Of a DNA stretch of 26,272 nucleotides, positions 18,528 through 26,272 are shown piece by piece. Under the pieces are notes generated by a model. The model saw nothing but the letters and a program-made list of their open reading frames with translations, ran no database searches and was not told where the DNA came from. The first letter of the stretch is position 1, and each line of letters begins with the position of its first letter. The DNA lies in contig CAXHAT010000109.1 in assembly GCA_964014485.1 (NCBI GenBank), positions 1-26,272 on the forward strand, given 5' to 3'. The position numbers and the translations under genes were made by a program. This stretch comes from an uncultured Deferribacteres bacterium (GTDB taxonomy: Bacteria; Zhuqueibacterota; Zhuqueibacteria; Zhuqueibacterales; Geothermadaptataceae).

Positions 18528-21500
18528 TTAAGGGACGTCCTGGGAGCAACGAAAACCCACATTGACGTACCTGAGGGTTGGAACGTACCCGTAGCGGTCG
18601 GCGCATCGTAAATCGTATGGATAATTGCTCCACGACCCGCCGCGCAACACACGAAGTTCTCCTGTTTTTGGCCCCGTCGGATTTTCTATAACGGCAGACG
18701 ACGTTTCGTATTTCGCATACCAGTCTAACCGCCATTCCCATACATTGCCCGCCAGATCACAAACTTTCTCCGGCGTAACTCCGCGCGGAAAAATGCCGAC
18801 CGCACTTGTACGCTCCAAACCGGTTTCGTCATAATTCGCCCGCTCCATGTCCGGTTTTTCATCGCCCCAAGGATAAATCCGCCCTTCGCCGTCGCGCGCG
18901 GCGTATTCGCCTTCCGCTTCCGTCGGCAGCCGGACAGTCACTCCTTTCGGCAAATCCAGCTTCTCCGTCAGCCAGTTGCAAAACGCCTCGGCCTCGAACC
19001 ATGAGACGCCGACCACGGGCTGGTTGGGCGCATTCCATGCCGAATCGTTCCACCAGTGCGGCTCGGACAATTCCTTTTTTTTGCAAAATTGCCAGCCGCC
19101 TTCACTCCACCATCTGCGTTCGCGGTAGCCGCCTGCCTGTATAAAACTCGCGAACTGCGCGTTGGTCACCAGATATTTCGAGATTTTAAATGGCAAGACT
19201 CTGACGCGATGTTCCGGGCTGGCGTCGTATAGCCCGGTAATTGTGTTGTCGCCCATCACGAATTCGCCGCCGGGAATGTCGATCCATTGCGGTTCCAAAG
19301 TGCAAACGCCGGGGCGCGGATCGCCGAGCCTGCCGAGTTGGAGTCCGGCTTCGGCGCGTTCGCGGGCGGGCAGGCGGCTGGTTTCGAGCAAGGTTACAAG
19401 GCGTTTGGTTAGGCGGTCGATAAAAGCCGGGCCGCCGCGGTCTTGCAGGATCACGTTTTTACCGATTTCATTGGCGAAGCAGGCGGCCCAAAACACGCCG
19501 CGCCAGCCGTTTTCGTCCTCCGGCGGAGGCACCGTTTCCGGGCACAGGTGGCAGGCGGCGTCAATGGCCGGAAACTCGGTCTGCATGTTGTGCAGCAGTT
19601 CTTCCACGCCCAGTTGCGCGGTGAGGCGCCAATAGTCGCCCTCGGGCAGGAGATTGACCAATTCGCGCTTAAAATCGCGCGTACGTTTGGCGAGAAAGCA
19701 GCCGGCGAAATATTCCTGAAAAGTGCGGTGCGGAAAGCCGTAGGTGCGGCTCTCTCCGCCCCCGCGTCCGCTCAAGAGTCCGGCGCTGTGGTCGACAAAA
19801 TCGAGAAATTTCTCCGCCGCCGTCAACGGAAACTCAACGCCGCTGAAATTGCGTTTGAGAATTTTCACCGCTTCGTCTTCCGGCAAATCAGCGCCCTGCG
19901 CGCTGCCGGAATCGCGGTCGGCCTGCTGGGCACGCCAGCCCAATTCCCACAGCGCCTGGTGCAGTTTGTTCTCGTCCTTGAGTCCGATTTCCTCGAACAA
20001 AGTGATTTTCCCAGCCTTTTCTTCCTGCCAGCGCAGCAGCAAAAGATCGCTGGCTTTTTTATAAAGCTTGACGCGCTGTTTCGGCAGTTCCACATTGTTG
20101 GCGTGGATCACAGCCATCGTGGTCAGTAAAAGCGGATTTTGCACCAGGGTTTTGTCCATATGCCCGACCGCGTTCCGCAGACTCGCTTTCTTTTCCTCGC
20201 CTTTTTCCAAAGTAAAATGATCGACGTGGATCAGCGCGTCGTACCAGCGCTGGATGAATCTCTCGATCTGTCCATCGTCGAACGGCGCCAGCGTCACATG
20301 CTTGCAGGCGGCAAGACGGGTTTGACCTTCGTAGGAACGCACGCGGCAGGTGACAATCACGCGGCTGCCGGGATTTTCGGCGCAAAAGGCTTCAATCGCT
20401 TCACGCGCCAAAACGCGCGGCACGGTCGGCGCTTCGTCGAGACCGTCGAAGACAATCAGGCAGTGACCGTCGGCGATTTCTTCGCGCAGGGCCGGGGCAA
20501 AATCTTCGGCGTCGTAATCTTCCTTGAGCTTGGCGGCGAGATGCTGGAAAACGATTTCATTCAACCGCTTTTGCCGCTGGAGGGCGCCCTCCTTTTTGCC
20601 GGATTCTGGACGGCTTTTTTCCAGCGCCACGACCAACTCTCGCACCAGCGCCCGCACCGGAAAACAATGCGCGTGCGGCCATTTTTCGAGCATCGCGCTC
20701 TCGCCGCCCCACTGTTTGGCGGCCAGCCCTGAGAGCAAGCGGTTGATAAACGAGCTTTTGCCGGCGCCGGGATCGCCGAGAATGACGAGATGATCATTTT
20801 GCGCCGCCGCCGTAAGCACGGCAAGTGGCAAGGTTTTGTCTTCTCCAGAGCGTTCGTCAACCCGCATTTTCTCTGACAAAATTGGCTTGCCGTCTTTGTC
20901 CACGCGGTCGGTGGTATTGAGATCGACGTAAACGTCTCCGAGAGACAGGCGGGCGTTTTTTTGCGGGTCGCGCTCTTCGGCAATGGCGGAGAGCGGCAGG
21001 CGGTCGCAGGCGGCTTGCAGTTTTTTCAGGTAGCGCCGCCGCACGCGGGCAAGATCGACCGCCGGCTTCGCGCTCGGCGTTTTGGGAGCGGCGTCCCGGT
21101 CTTTTTCACGCATCTCATCAATCAGCTTTTGCAAATCGATGCGGACGGCGTCTTTAAAATCCTGCGCTGTGTTGTACTCGCGATAGAGTCCTTCGTAATC
21201 GCCGCCCGCCTTGAATTTCGCGAAGAAGTCGTTCACTTTTTGCAGATGCTTCAGCACGTCCGGCTGAAAAAAATCTTCCGGCGGGCGGGTGCAGCGGTAC
21301 ATCATGATTTCCGGGCGGCCGGTTTTTTCAAATTGATCGAGCGCTGCGACAAACTCCTCCTCGAGTCCGCTTTCAAACGGTGCGCCGTCGGGCTTGTCGG
21401 CGCCGGTGGGCTGGCCAAACCGTTTCCAGAGCACGCCGACAAAAACGTCCCAGGTTTCCGGCGGAATCTGATCGAGCACGCGTTGCTGCGGGCGGCCCTG

Positions 21501-21662
21501 CTGCGGACGCGTATTCTTTTCCCAGCCGAGAAACGACAACGTAAGGCCGCGATTGTCGTAAACCAAATTCAATTCATTGATCACTTCGCGCAGGGCTTTT
21601 CGCTCTGCCGTTACGTCGGTCGGCGAAGCGCAAAATATGCGGATTTTTTGGGTTTTGGGCAT
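18528..21662 (-). CDS. DUF4062 - NACHT (STAND) NTPase - FGE-sulfatase/SUMF1 (C-type lectin fold) protein
   Basis: DUF4062 (RIFCASPTDVTAER...DVFVGVLWKRFG...SGLEEEF); Walker A GDPGAGKS, Walker B LIVFDGLDE, VIVTCR, NPLLLT, FPHRTFQEYFA; LGRLGDPR linker; FGE domain (IPGGEFVMG, VTNAQF, PVVGVSWFEA, RLPTEAE, DLAGNVWEW, RVLRGGSW...GFRC). Confidence 0.92.
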   Translation of the reverse strand: MPKTQKIRIFCASPTDVTAERKALREVINELNLVYDNRGLTLSFLGWEKNTRPQQGRPQQRVLDQIPPETWDVFVGVLWKRFGQPTGADKPDGAPFESGLEEEFVAALDQFEKTGRPEIMMYRCTRPPEDFFQPDVLKHLQKVNDFFAKFKAGGDYEGLYREYNTAQDFKDAVRIDLQKLIDEMREKDRDAAPKTPSAKPAVDLARVRRRYLKKLQAACDRLPLSAIAEERDPQKNARLSLGDVYVDLNTTDRVDKDGKPILSEKMRVDERSGEDKTLPLAVLTAAAQNDHLVILGDPGAGKSSFINRLLSGLAAKQWGGESAMLEKWPHAHCFPVRALVRELVVALEKSRPESGKKEGALQRQKRLNEIVFQHLAAKLKEDYDAEDFAPALREEIADGHCLIVFDGLDEAPTVPRVLAREAIEAFCAENPGSRVIVTCRVRSYEGQTRLAACKHVTLAPFDDGQIERFIQRWYDALIHVDHFTLEKGEEKKASLRNAVGHMDKTLVQNPLLLTTMAVIHANNVELPKQRVKLYKKASDLLLLRWQEEKAGKITLFEEIGLKDENKLHQALWELGWRAQQADRDSGSAQGADLPEDEAVKILKRNFSGVEFPLTAAEKFLDFVDHSAGLLSGRGGGESRTYGFPHRTFQEYFAGCFLAKRTRDFKRELVNLLPEGDYWRLTAQLGVEELLHNMQTEFPAIDAACHLCPETVPPPEDENGWRGVFWAACFANEIGKNVILQDRGGPAFIDRLTKRLVTLLETSRLPARERAEAGLQLGRLGDPRPGVCTLEPQWIDIPGGEFVMGDNTITGLYDASPEHRVRVLPFKISKYLVTNAQFASFIQAGGYRERRWWSEGGWQFCKKKELSEPHWWNDSAWNAPNQPVVGVSWFEAEAFCNWLTEKLDLPKGVTVRLPTEAEGEYAARDGEGRIYPWGDEKPDMERANYDETGLERTSAVGIFPRGVTPEKVCDLAGNVWEWRLDWYAKYETSSAVIENPTGPKTGELRVLRGGSWSNYPYDLRCADRYGYVPTLRYVNVGFRCSQDVP
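18546..18644 (-). other. Candidate DGR variable region (VR)
   Basis: RGGSW-SNYPYD-LRCA-DRYGYVPTLRYVN-VGFRC; 13 canonical variable positions are all NNY codons. Confidence 0.65.
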
Positions 21663-21768
21663 AATCTTTTCCCCATGTTTAAGTCAATTCAAAAACTGTA
21701 TTTGGGCGCATAGCTTTTGCTCATGCTTAAACGAGCCGTTATTTTACCAGCTATTCATCAAGCCATTC

Positions 21769-21846
21769 CCTCGCATGTCATTCTGAAAGAATCTTTTTAG
21801 TATAGAATACACGGCTAAAAAGATTCCTCCGGAATGACATACGAGG
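21769..21846. repeat. REP-like long palindrome (TGTCATTCTG...GGAATGACA family)
   Basis: CCTCGCATGTCATTCTGAAAGAATCTTTTTAG-loop-CTAAAAAGATTCCTCCGGAATGACATACGAGG. Confidence 0.75.
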
Positions 21847-21956
21847 AGACTTTTGAAGACCGTGATGTCGAAGGCTCTGCTTTCGGGTAGACTGGCCGTC
21901 TTTTAATCACTGCTCTCAGCGAAAAACCGTTTTATCCTGATAAAAAAGCACAAACA

Positions 21957-24377
21957 ATGAAAAGTATCCGCCGCCGCAAATCAAGTCGATTTTCCCCAAT
22001 CTTTTTGATTGTCATTTTATTGCTGATCGCCGCCGCTTACCGCACAACGGAAGACGCGCCTCAGCATTTTTACTACGACGCAGCTGATAGCTCCGTCGCC
22101 GTCGAATATCTCGGAAACACGGAATTTTACGATCCGGGCGTTGCGGTCAACGACGGCGAGGTTTGGCTGACCTGGCTGGAATTTATCCCCGGCGAAGGAG
22201 ACGTGATTTGGGTCGGCAAAAAGGATGGAGATGGTTGGGCGAATCAGCAAAAAGTCATCGAACAGCCCGGGCGTTTTGCCAGGCCAACGCTGACTTTTGA
22301 TAGTAAAAAGCGACTTTGGCTAAGTTATGAGCGATACGTCCCTAAGCAAAAACAGTGGGACGTTGTGGCGAGAATGCACGAAGGCGACGGCAAATTCGGC
22401 CCGCCAATGACCGTTTCCGAAAATCCGGGAAATGACATTAACCACAGCGTCGCCGCCGGAAAAGACGGCGCGCTTTGGTTCGCCTGGCAGGGAGATCACG
22501 AAGGTCGCTTTGAAATATTCGCTCGGCGTTTAAGCGAAGAAGTTTCTGCGGAGAAAATGGAACGAATCAGTCACACCGCCCACGGAGATTGGCGCCCGTC
22601 CATCGCCGTCGGGAGCAGCGGCGACGTTGTGGTTGCCTGGGATTATTACAACGGCGAAGACTTCGATGTTTTGTACAAGCGTCGAACTCCCGGTGGGTGG
22701 AAAGAAACCATCGTTGCAGCGGGAGGCCCAGCCTTTCAAGGGCGCGCTCAAATTGCTGCGAATTCAAAAAATGAATTCTGGCTGCTGTGGGAAGAAGGCG
22801 AGAAAAATTGGGGAAAATTCTATCGCGGAAACGAGAAAGTTTGGGACAATGTGACCGACGCTTACGGCCCGGTTCATCGTTTCCGCACGCTGAAAATCGC
22901 AAAGCTCGACGCACAAAATCGCATTTCAACGCCAGCCTCTCCCCTGCCGACGCCTGCATTTCAAAAAGCGGATCAACGGAAGAATCTGAGGCAAGCGTCT
23001 GAAAAACTTGGGGCGTTTTATGAGCGCGGCAAGTTAGCGATTGATGAAAAAGATCGGCTTTGGGTCGCTTACCGCCATTTTTATCAGCCGCAACTTGGCG
23101 CAGCGGAACCGGTCATTCACCACATCGAGGCTGGATGGAAAATTTTTGCGCGCAGGCTGGAAAAAGACGGGTGGTCGGAGCTCATTTCCTTTGACGCGCA
23201 CCAACGCGACGGTTTGCAGCGTTTGAGCATTGCTGCAAAAAATGACCAATTATTGGCTGCGTACAGCGCTGGAAGAACGGATCGACGAAACGACGCCCAG
23301 ACGCGCGGCGTTGTTTTCGGCGAGATTGACCGCAAAGCCGGAGAATCTCCAGCCATAAAGCTTGAGAACGTCAAAACATTCGCGCTGGCCAATGAAAAAA
23401 CGTACGTTCCTGAGCATCCTTCATTTCAGGGTCGCCGACTATTTTGGGGCGATCTGCACCGCCACACGGATATTTCGCTCTGTTTCCCGTTCTACGACGG
23501 CTCTCTCGACGACGGCTACCGCTACGGCATTGAAGCCGGAGCGCTCGATTTCCTGGCGATCACGGATCATTCGCGCGACATTGACAAAGGCAACGTGCAA
23601 AGCCAGCTCTGGTGGCGCAGCTTGAAGGAAGTCACGCGTCACAGTTTACACGAATCGTTTTTTCCCTATTTCGCCTTTGAGCGCAGCAATAACAACACAG
23701 ATCACAACGTCATTTCCTTAAACGAAGATATTCTGCGACCGCATCAGCCGCCGCTGCCGGAATTCTGGGCGGAGATTGATGAGAATACTTTCACAATTCC
23801 GCATCGGACGGCGCCGACTCCGGCGGAGCCGCTTAACGGCAAAATCTGGGAATATCACGACGAAGCCAAACGTCCGTTGCTGGAAATTTTTCAAGGCTTC
23901 CGTGACATGGACGTTGAAGAAAGCGCAAATACAGGCTTGGAAAAAGGCTATCGTTTTGGTTTCGTCGCCAGCAGCGATCATCTCTCCACTTCCGCAAGTT
24001 ACGCCGGCGTTTGGGCTGAAGAAGCCAGTAAGGAAAGTATTTTTCACGCTATGAAATCGCGGCGAACATTCGGCGCAACCGACAGGATCAGCCTGGTTCT
24101 TCGCGCCGGGGATCGTTGGATGGGCGAAAAGTTTTCGGCGAAGCAATTCCCGGAATTTCAGATCAATGTTCGCGGAACGGCGCCGATCAAGGCTGTGATT
24201 TTTAAACAAAACGGCAAGCAAATCGCGTCGCTGCCGTTTGAGGCGGGCTCGAAGGATTTAGCATTGAGTTTTACTCCCCCAAGCATCGAAGCTGGCGAAC
24301 ACTATTTTTACGTTCACACCATTCAGGCAGACGGCAATCAGGCTTGGTCGTCGCCGATTTGGGTTCAGATTGAGTAG
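21957..24377 (+). CDS. Secreted protein with N-terminal beta-propeller-like repeats and a PHP-like metallohydrolase domain (DUF3604/CehA-McbA-like)
   Basis: Basic/hydrophobic signal; repeated P.[LI]...G..W..W blades; FWGDLHRHT, LDFLAITDH, TIPH, GFVASSDH, AMKSRRTFG; C-terminal YFYVHTIQADGNQAWSSPIWV. Confidence 0.8.
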   Translation: MKSIRRRKSSRFSPIFLIVILLLIAAAYRTTEDAPQHFYYDAADSSVAVEYLGNTEFYDPGVAVNDGEVWLTWLEFIPGEGDVIWVGKKDGDGWANQQKVIEQPGRFARPTLTFDSKKRLWLSYERYVPKQKQWDVVARMHEGDGKFGPPMTVSENPGNDINHSVAAGKDGALWFAWQGDHEGRFEIFARRLSEEVSAEKMERISHTAHGDWRPSIAVGSSGDVVVAWDYYNGEDFDVLYKRRTPGGWKETIVAAGGPAFQGRAQIAANSKNEFWLLWEEGEKNWGKFYRGNEKVWDNVTDAYGPVHRFRTLKIAKLDAQNRISTPASPLPTPAFQKADQRKNLRQASEKLGAFYERGKLAIDEKDRLWVAYRHFYQPQLGAAEPVIHHIEAGWKIFARRLEKDGWSELISFDAHQRDGLQRLSIAAKNDQLLAAYSAGRTDRRNDAQTRGVVFGEIDRKAGESPAIKLENVKTFALANEKTYVPEHPSFQGRRLFWGDLHRHTDISLCFPFYDGSLDDGYRYGIEAGALDFLAITDHSRDIDKGNVQSQLWWRSLKEVTRHSLHESFFPYFAFERSNNNTDHNVISLNEDILRPHQPPLPEFWAEIDENTFTIPHRTAPTPAEPLNGKIWEYHDEAKRPLLEIFQGFRDMDVEESANTGLEKGYRFGFVASSDHLSTSASYAGVWAEEASKESIFHAMKSRRTFGATDRISLVLRAGDRWMGEKFSAKQFPEFQINVRGTAPIKAVIFKQNGKQIASLPFEAGSKDLALSFTPPSIEAGEHYFYVHTIQADGNQAWSSPIWVQIE

Positions 24378-24397
24378 GAGTGCAAGGCTTGCCTTGC
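24376..24397 (+). repeat. Single REP copy overlapping the stop codon
   Basis: AGGAGTGCAAGGCTTGCCTTGC is identical to 18204-18225. Confidence 0.7.
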
Positions 24398-24526
24398 AAA
24401 ATGATCGAGCGAGATAATAGACATTGTTTTCTCGCCGCAATGCGGATTCTAAGGAGCGTGCTTTTCCCGTATTAAAAATAGATCCTTTCAGGATGACAAT
24501 TGTTGACGCAATTTGTCCAGCATAAT

Positions 24527-25468
24527 CTATTCAGGCGGGTTGTAGACGACGGCAAGAGCGACTTTGGCGATTTGTTCGAGGCTTTCGGGACTGCATTTAT
24601 CCGGCGTGTCTTGCAGCGTGTGGTGCTGGGGATAGTCCAGGTCGATCAAGTTGATGCACCGAATGCCGGCGCGCAGGAGCGGCAAGTGATCGTCCGTAAT
24701 TGGCCCGGTGCGTTCCGATGAAAAAGCGTCGACGCCAAGACGGCTGGCGTAGTTCCAAACGACGTTCACTACGTCCGGAGCAAAATTCATCGAATGGCCT
24801 TCTTTCTTGATTTGTACGCCCTTCTCCCCCACCATATCTAGCAAAAGCCCGATGTACGGCGAGTAGCGCGCATCCTTATTTTTGGCAAAATACTGCGAAC
24901 CGACCGCCCAACTGCTCTCAATGCCGTTGGAACCAAAATCCTCGCCGTCAAACAGAATTATGTCAACGCCGACGGGCGGTGGATTTTCTTTGAGCACCTT
25001 GGCGATTTCCAGTAGTATCGCCACGCCGGAAGCGCCGTCGTTAGCGCCGGGAACCGGTTTTTTATAATTTTCCGGATTCGTGTCTGAGTCGGCCCAAGGG
25101 CGAGAATCCCAGTGAGCGGCGAGTAATATTCTTTGGGTTTGGCTACTGTTAAAACTAGCGATCAAATTAGTGAGTTGAACGTTATCGCCGCTTTTTTCAA
25201 TCGTATGCTGGAATGACTGACGTGCAACGTTCTCGGCGTATTTTTTTAGGTGCGCTTCCATGTAATCCAGACATTGTGCATGCGCCTCAGAGCCTGGAAC
25301 GCGAGACCCAAATTCGACTTGCTTGAGCAAGTGTTCCCACATGGCGTCCTTGCTGAACGATGGAACAGCCAAAGGGGCTGAAGGCTGGGACGCTTTATCG
25401 CCGCAGCCGACAAGCGTGAGGGAAAAGAATAGCGGAAAAAGATATCGCAGCCGAGTTTTTAAGAGCAT
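24527..25468 (-). CDS. M28 family lipoprotein, glutaminyl cyclase-like / aminopeptidase
   Basis: Lipobox LVGC; QVEFGSRVPGS; AHWDSRPWAD; GANDGASG; FDGED; LLDMVG; DDHLP; HHTLQDT. Confidence 0.88.
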   Translation of the reverse strand: MLLKTRLRYLFPLFFSLTLVGCGDKASQPSAPLAVPSFSKDAMWEHLLKQVEFGSRVPGSEAHAQCLDYMEAHLKKYAENVARQSFQHTIEKSGDNVQLTNLIASFNSSQTQRILLAAHWDSRPWADSDTNPENYKKPVPGANDGASGVAILLEIAKVLKENPPPVGVDIILFDGEDFGSNGIESSWAVGSQYFAKNKDARYSPYIGLLLDMVGEKGVQIKKEGHSMNFAPDVVNVVWNYASRLGVDAFSSERTGPITDDHLPLLRAGIRCINLIDLDYPQHHTLQDTPDKCSPESLEQIAKVALAVVYNPPE

Positions 25469-25619
25469 CTATCACATCTCATTCAATATAACCAATGTAG
25501 CGACGAATTTTACTGCCGGGCACAATAGCGATTTTGCCTAACGAATGCAATTCCAATTGTGCTCAAGAAGAATCGTTTGCCGCAAATCGCCTTGCTTTTT
25601 AAAACCGGTTTTCAATTAT

Positions 25620-25628
25620 TGGTATAAT
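25620..25628 (+). promoter_or_regulatory. Extended -10 promoter element
   Basis: TGgTATAAT about 23 nt before the ATG at 25652, with a GGGAG RBS in between. Confidence 0.5.
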
Positions 25629-25651
25629 CACATACCAAAAGGGAGCTTGTT

Positions 25652-26215
25652 ATGGTCAACTTTAATTTTATCTCTTTGTTAGAAGGCGGGCGCACTACCA
25701 AAGGTTACGTTCCCGAGCCGGAAAAAAGCAAAAGCGGCATCACGATCGGTACAGGCGTTGATCTTGGGCAAATGGGCGAGACGGATTTAGAGCGATTCAA
25801 TTTGCCTGAGCCGATTAAACTCAAGCTGCGGCCTTATCTTGGCAAAATCAAGCAAGACGCCGTGCGACTTCTCCATGAGCGGCCATTGCAAGTCAGCGAT
25901 GATGAAGCTCAGGAAATTGACAAGGCAGTCAAAGCCTCTTCACTCAATCGCGTTGCAAAAAGGTATAACTCGTCGTCGGAAACGGATTTTGATTCGCTGC
26001 CGGACGGCGTGCAAACCGTCATTGCTTCAGTTGCATTCCAATACGGCGATTTGGCTTCGCAAACACCGAATTTTTGGCGGCAGGTGACCTCCGGCGATTG
26101 GCAAGGCGCGTACAAAAACCTGCGCAATTTCGGCGACGCCTACAAAACCCGTCGTAACAAGGAAGCTGATCTTTTGCAGGAAAGTTGGGCTGAGAGTGGC
26201 GTAAATTTGGCTTAG
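25652..26215 (+). CDS. Pesticin C-terminal-like muramidase (T4-lysozyme-like fold)
   Basis: FISLLEG..GYVP....SKSGITIGTGVDLGQ; LRPYLG; FDSLP..VQTVIASVAFQYG; TPNFW; RRNKEA. Confidence 0.85.
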   Translation: MVNFNFISLLEGGRTTKGYVPEPEKSKSGITIGTGVDLGQMGETDLERFNLPEPIKLKLRPYLGKIKQDAVRLLHERPLQVSDDEAQEIDKAVKASSLNRVAKRYNSSSETDFDSLPDGVQTVIASVAFQYGDLASQTPNFWRQVTSGDWQGAYKNLRNFGDAYKTRRNKEADLLQESWAESGVNLA

Positions 26216-26217
26216 AC

Positions 26218-26272
26218 TTGGCTGTTGGCTGTTGGCTGTTGGCTGTTGGCTGTTGGCTGTTGGCTGTTGGCT
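26218..26272. repeat. Heptanucleotide tandem repeat (TTGGCTG)n, truncated by the window end
   Basis: 7 perfect units plus 6 nt, starting 2 nt after the muramidase stop. Confidence 0.97.

Noticed and set aside
18528..19320. Formylglycine-generating enzyme activity
   Set aside because: The catalytic Cys-containing core motif of true FGEs is absent; a binding (CLec) role fits better
19162..21713. Long plus-strand ORFs (e.g. 19443-20129, 20961-21713)
   Set aside because: Antisense shadows of the GC-rich NACHT gene
26218..26272. CRISPR array
   Set aside because: Contiguous 7-bp units, no spacers, no cas genes

Overview
Bacterial genomic window, probably a whole contig: it starts in a GGGAATGAC repeat end and finishes inside a (TTGGCTG)n array. 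Gene style suggests an FCB-superphylum organism such as KSB1/Calditrichota (inference only). The left two-thirds is mostly housekeeping and stress genes: a serine hydrolase / membrane protein / ECF sigma / ZAS anti-sigma operon, glutamate dehydrogenase, secD-secF-STAS-purA, an M28-PA-PDZ peptidase, a tandem USP and a DHOD-like flavoprotein. The right third is accessory: a planctomycete-type cytochrome c/DUF1549/DUF1553 gene, a dense cluster of nested palindromic REP/MITE-like elements, a DUF4062-NACHT-FGE(CLec) gene, a secreted PHP-like metallohydrolase, an M28/glutaminyl-cyclase-like lipoprotein and a stand-alone pesticin-type muramidase. The strongest signal is at the 3' end of the NLR-like DUF4062-NACHT-CLec gene, which looks like a remote target of a diversity-generating retroelement (DGR). 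Its codons are compatible with AAY origin at the canonical variable positions, and a pyrimidine-rich tract and GAA-loop hairpin follow the stop. I saw no reverse transcriptase (RT) or template repeat (TR) in the window. No rRNA, tRNA or CRISPR array was seen.
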